Positions 27,305-32,731 of a DNA stretch of 32,731 bases are shown piece after piece. Made by a program: the position numbers and the translations under genes. The notes beneath the pieces were generated by a model that was not told the DNA's origin, did not search any database, and saw only the letters and a list, made by a program, of their open reading frames with translations. This DNA comes from a virus (lineage: Duplodnaviria > Caudoviricetes): positions 1-32,731 of the IMG/VR virus record IMGVR_UViG_3300011335_000382. The stretch is one strand, 5' to 3'. Position 1 is the stretch's first letter; every line of letters starts with the position of its first letter.

Positions 27305-27463
27305 ATGAAAACAGAAACTAAACAAAAGAAAATAGGCAGACCGCGTGTTTACAAGCATGTGATGAGCACAGCTGAAAGGCAACAACGCTGGCGTGATAAA
27401 GTTAAAGCAGATGCTGTTTTGTTACTAAAGGCAATTCAAGAAAGTAACAAAAATGAATATTGA
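27305..27463 (+). CDS. Small basic DNA-binding-type protein, 52 aa (not in ORF track)
   Basis: AAGGA RBS; [52 protein letters not shown] has an AT-hook-like GRPR and a TAERQ-R-R motif. Confidence 0.75.
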   Translation: MKTETKQKKIGRPRVYKHVMSTAERQQRWRDKVKADAVLLLKAIQESNKNEY

Positions 27464-27956
27464 ACAAAAATATATTGACCGTTTTTGGAGTCGTGTAGAT
27501 ATTAAAGATTCAGATCAATGCTGGGAATGGCAAGGTGCTAGACTTCCTAAGGGACATGGATACGGAAAGTTTTCAGTCAAAGGTAAATCGTATTCATGTA
27601 GTAGATTTAGTTTTCAATTAACAAAAGGTTCTATTCCCACAGGTTATGTTATCATGCATAAATGTGATAATCCACCTTGTGTAAATCCTGCTCATTTGGT
27701 GGCTGGCACTCCAGCTGATAATTCACGAGATATGACAAATAAAAAAAGACAGGCTGTTGGTGAAGAATGTGGAACAGTAAAATTAACTGAAGATGATGTT
27801 AAAATTATTAAAAAAGAAACAGTTCTTGGTAAACCAGGTAGAGGCACAGCGCATCGTCCAGGTAATGTTAATGAAATAGCAAAACGCTTTAATGTGCATC
27901 CAGAACAAATTCGTCGTATTCTTCGCGGTGAATATTGGAAACACGTGGAAGTTTGA
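27453..27956 (+). CDS. HNH homing endonuclease with C-terminal HTH
   Basis: RFWSRVD...CWEWQG...GYGKF...[26 protein letters not shown]; KLTEDDV...[16 protein letters not shown]. Confidence 0.92.
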   Translation: MNIEQKYIDRFWSRVDIKDSDQCWEWQGARLPKGHGYGKFSVKGKSYSCSRFSFQLTKGSIPTGYVIMHKCDNPPCVNPAHLVAGTPADNSRDMTNKKRQAVGEECGTVKLTEDDVKIIKKETVLGKPGRGTAHRPGNVNEIAKRFNVHPEQIRRILRGEYWKHVEV

Positions 27957-27962
27957 TAAATA
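27957..27962 (+). promoter_or_regulatory. T4-late-like box TAAATA preceding non-coding structured region
   Basis: Directly after the HNH stop; no + strand ORF in the track until 28253. Confidence 0.6.
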
Positions 27963-27966
27963 ACTT

Positions 27967-28075
27967 CAACAGCAAACACTTAATACCTTAGGACCGTTTA
28001 CTGTTGCGGGAGAGTTTTATTAAGGCTATTTCTCTCCCACCTCCCGAAGGGCCATGTTCTCAAGCACGGCCCTTC
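27967..28075 (+). ncRNA. Candidate structured ncRNA (three consecutive stems)
   Basis: CAACAGCAAAC/GTTTACTGTTG (27967-77 / 27996-28006, one mismatch); GGGAGAG/CTCTCCC (28008-14 / 28032-38); GAAGGGCC/GGCCCTTC (28046-53 / 28068-75). Confidence 0.5.
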
Positions 28076-28164
28076 ACCTTTGACGGCTGATTTTGTCCCA
28101 AAGTATAGGCTCAACTTTAGTAGTAGTGTGGCTAAAATCCCACACAAATATCTGACAAAAACCA

Positions 28165-28193
28165 TTGACATTTCGTTACGTTTGCAGTATAAT
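28165..28193 (+). promoter_or_regulatory. Perfect sigma70 consensus promoter (early P2)
   Basis: TTGACA-17 bp-TATAAT with A-rich upstream sequence. Confidence 0.9.
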
Positions 28194-28252
28194 ACATACA
28201 TGGACGGGCAATAAGGCAAGTTCATAACTCAACAAACAAATAGGAGTATTAC

Positions 28253-28462
28253 ATGAGCCAACTGGATCATATCAAAACAGCCCGTAGTTTAATGAATTAC
28301 GCCAATCAACTGGCTACCATGCTTTATACTAAAGCCCACAAAAACAACTGGGACATCCGCACTGACAAGTTTCAGGACCATTTATTGAACCGTTGGAAGC
28401 CTGCTCATGATCGTGCTTGTGCGTATGCTCATGCTCATAACATCAGCAAACACCAGTTGTAA
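28253..28462 (+). CDS. Early hypothetical protein, His-rich
   Basis: TAGGAG RBS; has its own promoter and terminator. Confidence 0.75.
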   Translation: MSQLDHIKTARSLMNYANQLATMLYTKAHKNNWDIRTDKFQDHLLNRWKPAHDRACAYAHAHNISKHQL

Positions 28463-28474
28463 AATAGCAACAAT

Positions 28475-28497
28475 CCCCGTCTAAATGGCGGGGCTTT
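28475..28497 (+). terminator. Probable terminator
   Basis: CCCCGTC-TAAAT-GGCGGGG followed by CTTT; the U-tract is short. Confidence 0.55.
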
Positions 28498-28499
28498 GA

Positions 28500-28528
28500 T
28501 TGCCCTAAACCCCAAACCGCAGTATAAT
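28500..28528 (+). promoter_or_regulatory. sigma70 promoter (early P3)
   Basis: TTGCCC-17 bp-TATAAT; shares GCAGTATAATA with P2. Confidence 0.7.
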
Positions 28529-28561
28529 AAACACTTACACACACTAAACAGGAGTTAGCAA

Positions 28562-28705
28562 ATGGCTTATTTTTTATTAAAACACAATCTGGTTCCCAGC
28601 GTTTTGCGTAAAGTTGCTTTACGCTATACTACATTTTCTCAACGCATGTCATTGATGTCAGCAGGTCTGACCCAGACAATAGCAAAAAATAAAGAGGTGG
28701 CATAA
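28562..28705 (+). CDS. Small early protein, 47 aa (not in ORF track)
   Basis: CAGGAG RBS; MAYFLLKHNLVPSVLRKVALRYTTFSQRMSLMSAGLTQTIAKNKEVA; TAATG coupling to the next gene. Confidence 0.65.
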   Translation: MAYFLLKHNLVPSVLRKVALRYTTFSQRMSLMSAGLTQTIAKNKEVA

Positions 28706-28926
28706 TGAAATACGGTAAAAGCAGTTTTCTCAATGATGTATGGTTCACAGCCGTGGATTATGAAAATGAAGAGACTGAGTTCAACAAGAAATGGCGTTGG
28801 TTTGAATATTACTCTTATACACATCAGCACCAAGGCGATCATGTTGTGTTCTTTTTTGATGAGGCAGCCTGGAAGAAATTGAGTCGCAAAGAATACATGC
28901 TGTTGTGGATGTTGGAAGGTGCTTGA
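28705..28926 (+). CDS. Early hypothetical aromatic-rich protein
   Basis: GAGGTGG RBS; TAATG coupling; 73 aa. Confidence 0.7.
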   Translation: MKYGKSSFLNDVWFTAVDYENEETEFNKKWRWFEYYSYTHQHQGDHVVFFFDEAAWKKLSRKEYMLLWMLEGA

Positions 28927-28955
28927 TTTGGAATCAAGTTAGTGTTTTGACGCAC

Positions 28956-29079
28956 TAAGTAAAGTGTAGGCAACAAGATGTCGTCTACAATATAGCATAG
29001 GCTGTTACGCTCAAGAGAGTTGGCAGTTTTCAAAATTAAAAATCCAGAGCCCAGCCTGTTGTGAAACACCCTGGGCTTT
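28956..29079 (+). promoter_or_regulatory. Late-type box TAAGTA followed by structured leader
   Basis: TAAGTA at 28956-61; stem TGTAGGC/GTCTACA (28965-71 / 28983-89); stem AGAGCCCAG/CTGGGCTTT (29046-54 / 29071-79) enclosing TGTT-GTGA-AACA (GNRA loop). Confidence 0.45.
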
Positions 29080-29091
29080 ACCTTTGGCCAC

Positions 29092-29097
29092 TAAATA
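29092..29097 (+). promoter_or_regulatory. T4-late-like box TAAATA
   Basis: CACTAAATA, the same context as 6485-6493, upstream of the AAGGAG RBS of the 29125 gene. Confidence 0.7.
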
Positions 29098-29124
29098 CAA
29101 CAATAACAAAAGGAGCCCAGACCT

Positions 29125-31122
29125 GTGGCACAACTTAAAAAACCCATTCAAGAAGTTAGAATACCATTTGCCAAGATGAGCTACACTCCTGACGTGCCTA
29201 GCACTGCACTCAGTGCCAATGAATACAACTCAGGCCAAAACGTAGAAACAGATGTGCGTGGTATTAGAAGCATGGCCGGTGACGAACAAATCTTGGACAC
29301 ATTGCCAATGGGTTCTGGTGCACCAACCTTTGTGACTTCAAACTTTAGAGACGATGGCAAGTTTTGGTTTGTGGTGGCCACAGCCGCAGTAGGTGCTCAA
29401 CCTGGACAATGGTTTGCCAGTTGCGACACAACCACCTGGACAGACATCACTCCCATAGCACCCACATTTGATTCAAGCAACTACGCACAGAACACCAATA
29501 TAACAGAAGGTTGGAATGGATCAGTGCTGTTCTTGAATGACACATTCAATCCTCCCCTGATATGGTTGCCACCCTTGGACCCTGCCATACCAACACCACC
29601 TCCCCCATTGACCATGTATAGCAACCAAGTGCCACTAGACATTGACACCATAGCACCTGCGTCATTAACAGAAAAGACAGTGACCTTTCTGGACACACAG
29701 GCCGTGGCACCATTTGTTGTGGGAGAGTTTGTTACCTTGAGTGGTGTGTTCCCTGATGTTTACAATGGCACATGGGAGGTCAATGCCTGCACTACCACTG
29801 ACGTTACTATAGTATGTGATGTGCCTGAAGCCTACAGCAATGGTGGCATTGTGAGTCCAGAGTATTCATGGAACTTTGAACCTGCTTACAAAAGTGTCAC
29901 AGCAGGCTTTCTTAGACTCTACAACACTCCCAACATTGGAACACTACTCATGTGTGGAGACCTGACCAAGACAGACCTAGCAGATGTGCCCACTAGGTTT
30001 CCTACCCTACTGCGTTGGAGTCAAGGCTTTGTTGATCAAAACAATGAACCTGTGCCAGCACCTGTGTCATGGAGCAGTTATGATCCAGCACAGATCAACA
30101 ATGATGAAACCAGTTTGCCCATACGTGGACCCATACTAGATGCGTTTCCTTGTAATGGTCAGATCTTTGTGAGTTCATATTGGGACACAGTGGTTATCAG
30201 TCCGCTCAACTTCTCTACCAGTGACACAGCGTCATTGGGTGTTAGACCATTCAACCAAGGTCGTGGCATGCTATCCAGCAACTGTTGGGCCAACACAGAC
30301 AAGTTAGTGTATGGTCTAGACGCACGTGACCTTTGGGTATTTGATGGACAAGACTTTCAAGGACTTGGCAACCAACGTGTAAAGAATTGGTTGTTTGATC
30401 AAATAGACGCACAATACTATGATCAGATATTCATGCAGACCAACACACAGCGTAACCAAATTGAAATTTACTATCCAGATGCCAACGCTGTTGATGGTGT
30501 GCCCAACCGGATGCTGAGTTACAGATTTGATCTAGACTGCTTCAACGCACCGAGAGATGTTAGTTCAGCAACCTTTGCCACTGAAGCACCTGTTTACACA
30601 TACGATGCTGGCACAATGACATACACTCCCTTACTGTCAAGTAGAACAGTTGTGTATGCTCAGGGTGTTGCTGAAAGTCAATTGGTTCAAAAGGATCAAG
30701 GCTACAGTTATCTAGACAGCACACCCATTGACAGCATATTCAGACGAGACAATATTAAACTGAGTCAGGACTATTCAACCAAGGTAATGGTTCATCGCAT
30801 CCTGCCTGAAGTGGTTAACCTGGGTGCTGTGTCCAATGGCAGCGATGAGATACCCTTGTATCCCAGTCCTGGCAACATCACCATCACAGTGGAAGGTGCC
30901 AACTCAGTAGGCAGTATAGCATCCAACAATGGTGGTAGCTTGGTTGCTGTTGAACTGTATGTCAACGCAGATGGCTCAGACAATGCTCACAGTCCTTGGG
31001 CACAGATAAACCAAAACGCATTTCGTGTTGTTAGTCTGAGTCTCAGCAATGTCAGTGCCACTGACATATGGATCTGTAATGCCGCAACATGGCAAATAAC
31101 CGAAGTAGAGGACGATAGATGA
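29125..31122 (+). CDS. Tail nozzle / DNA-stabilisation protein (P22 gp10 / tail tubular B-like)
   Basis: GTG start with AAGGAG RBS; 665-aa beta-propeller-like pattern (LLRWS, DLWVFDGQDFQGLG...VKNWLF, NQIEIYYP). Confidence 0.65.
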   Translation: MAQLKKPIQEVRIPFAKMSYTPDVPSTALSANEYNSGQNVETDVRGIRSMAGDEQILDTLPMGSGAPTFVTSNFRDDGKFWFVVATAAVGAQPGQWFASCDTTTWTDITPIAPTFDSSNYAQNTNITEGWNGSVLFLNDTFNPPLIWLPPLDPAIPTPPPPLTMYSNQVPLDIDTIAPASLTEKTVTFLDTQAVAPFVVGEFVTLSGVFPDVYNGTWEVNACTTTDVTIVCDVPEAYSNGGIVSPEYSWNFEPAYKSVTAGFLRLYNTPNIGTLLMCGDLTKTDLADVPTRFPTLLRWSQGFVDQNNEPVPAPVSWSSYDPAQINNDETSLPIRGPILDAFPCNGQIFVSSYWDTVVISPLNFSTSDTASLGVRPFNQGRGMLSSNCWANTDKLVYGLDARDLWVFDGQDFQGLGNQRVKNWLFDQIDAQYYDQIFMQTNTQRNQIEIYYPDANAVDGVPNRMLSYRFDLDCFNAPRDVSSATFATEAPVYTYDAGTMTYTPLLSSRTVVYAQGVAESQLVQKDQGYSYLDSTPIDSIFRRDNIKLSQDYSTKVMVHRILPEVVNLGAVSNGSDEIPLYPSPGNITITVEGANSVGSIASNNGGSLVAVELYVNADGSDNAHSPWAQINQNAFRVVSLSLSNVSATDIWICNAATWQITEVEDDR

Positions 31123-32714
31123 TATCCAAGTATCCCATTGAGATTGGCGATGTAGAAGGCATTGCTGATGCTGTCAACTACCTGCTGTCAGGTCCTGCTG
31201 GCCTAGGACAAAACTTTGATGGCTTCAGTGATTACAATCCCTTGATCATTCGCCCCACCTTTGCTAGACCATTTACCTTGCCTTACTATACCACACTAGA
31301 TGCGTCATGGTATGTTAGACTCACTGCCACAGGCACCACAGTGGTGGGTGGTAATCCCAGCGACCTAATAACCATATCATTTGGTGCAGGTCCAGGTTAC
31401 ACTAGCCCACCATTTCAGTTTGGTGATAGACTACGCTTGAGTGGCTTTGTTGCGTCAGGAGTTGATCCAGACTTCTGGAATGGCAACTACTATGTTTACA
31501 GTAGCACAACAACCAGTGTAACACTTTACACCAGTCAAACTTATACATGGCCTGCTGTGTCAACCCTAGGTAGCATTGTGCGTGACTTTACCAACACTGC
31601 TGTGTCAACAGACTGCTTGGCACAAGTGGTAGTGGACAGTATCACACAGCGTAACTTTATCAACGCACAGGTAGAGTTTACCTACACTGTGAACACAGAG
31701 ACATCACCTCCTGAACCTTCATACAATGAAACAAACGTGTTTGACATAGTGGTTCAAGTGAATCGTTACAGTGTTGGCAAGAACTCCAGAGGCAATCAGG
31801 TCTTTAGTTTTCAGAAGACCATAAGTCAAAAGGTCTTTCCAGAACAAATAGGCAGTGCCACAGCAGGTGCTGTCAGTGCCATATTCACCACAGTGATTGA
31901 TCAAGAACTAAACTTTGGCAGTTATGCTTATATTTTAGAAATAGCCTTTGTCACAGTGCCCACTTTAACCACAGGCACCAGTCCAGGTTCAGCAGGATAT
32001 AGAACCACAGCAGGCAGCTTGGTCAGTGATGGATTTGAAACAGCACCACTGCCAGCAGGAGTTGCGGCAGGCAATATTCAAAACCAAAGCACACCTGGTG
32101 GCACACAGTATTTGAATGTGAATGCCACTGTGCTCAGCAGTAACAATCCTGGTGTGTTTATAAATGGACCTGTGTTGGATGTCAGGGTATGGCCTAATTC
32201 CTTGTTGCCAGAATACTCAGTAGGAGATCCTTTAGCAGGTGGCACAGTTGAAATATTCAACACAAGAACTTTGAGTAATGTTCAGATAGTGGGTGTGGGT
32301 GGCGAGTTCACTTGCAACACCAAAGGTTTAAGAATAGGCGACAGTGTTCAGATACAAGGCACTCTAACAGGCACAGGCACTATAACAGGTTATGCTAGTC
32401 CAACCTTGTATAAGATCAGCGCAACAAATGGATCAACCACATTCACTCTAACAACATTTGCTGGAGCACCCATTGTGACCTCAGCAGGCACAACAACAGG
32501 ATTAACATTTGATTATGATGTGTTGAGTCCAGGCACCAACTCAGGTTATCAACCTGGTGATGTCATAAAAATTCTGGGCACAGCAATAGGTGGTGCTACA
32601 CCCCTAAACGATTTATATCTAACTGTGTTCACAACCAGTTTAGACAGCAATCAAGTGCCAGGCAAGTTCACCATGGGCTTGCGTAACTTGACCACACAGG
32701 TCATCAAAGAGTAA
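31119..32714 (+). CDS. Tail/virion structural protein, beta-rich
   Basis: ATGA coupling with GAGGA RBS; T/G/V-rich with modules such as FQFGDRLRLSG...WNGNYYV and GYQPGDVIKILG. Confidence 0.65.
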   Translation: MISKYPIEIGDVEGIADAVNYLLSGPAGLGQNFDGFSDYNPLIIRPTFARPFTLPYYTTLDASWYVRLTATGTTVVGGNPSDLITISFGAGPGYTSPPFQFGDRLRLSGFVASGVDPDFWNGNYYVYSSTTTSVTLYTSQTYTWPAVSTLGSIVRDFTNTAVSTDCLAQVVVDSITQRNFINAQVEFTYTVNTETSPPEPSYNETNVFDIVVQVNRYSVGKNSRGNQVFSFQKTISQKVFPEQIGSATAGAVSAIFTTVIDQELNFGSYAYILEIAFVTVPTLTTGTSPGSAGYRTTAGSLVSDGFETAPLPAGVAAGNIQNQSTPGGTQYLNVNATVLSSNNPGVFINGPVLDVRVWPNSLLPEYSVGDPLAGGTVEIFNTRTLSNVQIVGVGGEFTCNTKGLRIGDSVQIQGTLTGTGTITGYASPTLYKISATNGSTTFTLTTFAGAPIVTSAGTTTGLTFDYDVLSPGTNSGYQPGDVIKILGTAIGGATPLNDLYLTVFTTSLDSNQVPGKFTMGLRNLTTQVIKE

Positions 32715-32717
32715 ATA
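32712..32717 (+). promoter_or_regulatory. T4-late-like box TAAATA followed by RBS at window edge
   Basis: TAAATA overlaps the stop codon. AAAGGAA ends the window, implying a gene starts just beyond it. Confidence 0.55.
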
Positions 32718-32731
32718 TAGGATTAAAGGAA

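Noticed and set aside
27967-28145. tRNA or self-splicing intron
   Set aside because: No cloverleaf or TTCGA T-loop is visible, and no gene is interrupted.
32718-32731. Direct circular joining of window end to base 1
   Set aside because: Joining gives no in-frame ATG/GTG/TTG start for the first ORF near the RBS (the TTG at 5-7 is out of frame), so some sequence is missing.
1-32731. Alternative genetic code
   Set aside because: Standard code 11 gives dense, uninterrupted genes, with TAA, TGA and TAG all used as stops.

Overview
The window is most of a roughly 33-kb tailed-phage genome with podovirus-type (P22/SU10/HTVC010P-like) morphogenesis genes, all on the + strand. It encodes candidate ejected virion proteins (one with a lytic-transglycosylase-like domain), a Dps-like ferritin, a probable small terminase, several low-complexity proteins, large terminase, portal, scaffold, major capsid, head-tail adaptor, two tail fibres, a holin-like protein, a nozzle-like protein and two HNH endonucleases. 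A short cassette of small genes (about 25.1-28.9 kb) is driven by near-perfect sigma70 promoters. I recognise no DNA polymerase, primase, helicase, integrase, RNA polymerase, sigma factor or free endolysin. Yet virion-gene junctions repeatedly carry a T4-late-type TAA(A/G/C)TA box, including one exact TATAAATA, and three of these boxes sit exactly 5 nt before an ATG with no RBS. Several protein modules resemble those of large T4-like phages. The leading hypothesis (inference) is a small phage that builds its own virion but borrows late transcription, and perhaps replication and lysis, from a co-infecting large T4-like helper. Other notable items are a promoter-initiated structured ncRNA candidate, a possible RBS-sequestering switch, TonB-box-like repeats in a candidate ejection protein, and a 59-bp exact tandem duplication that is probably an assembly junction. 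All family assignments are by-eye motif recognition, not database searches.
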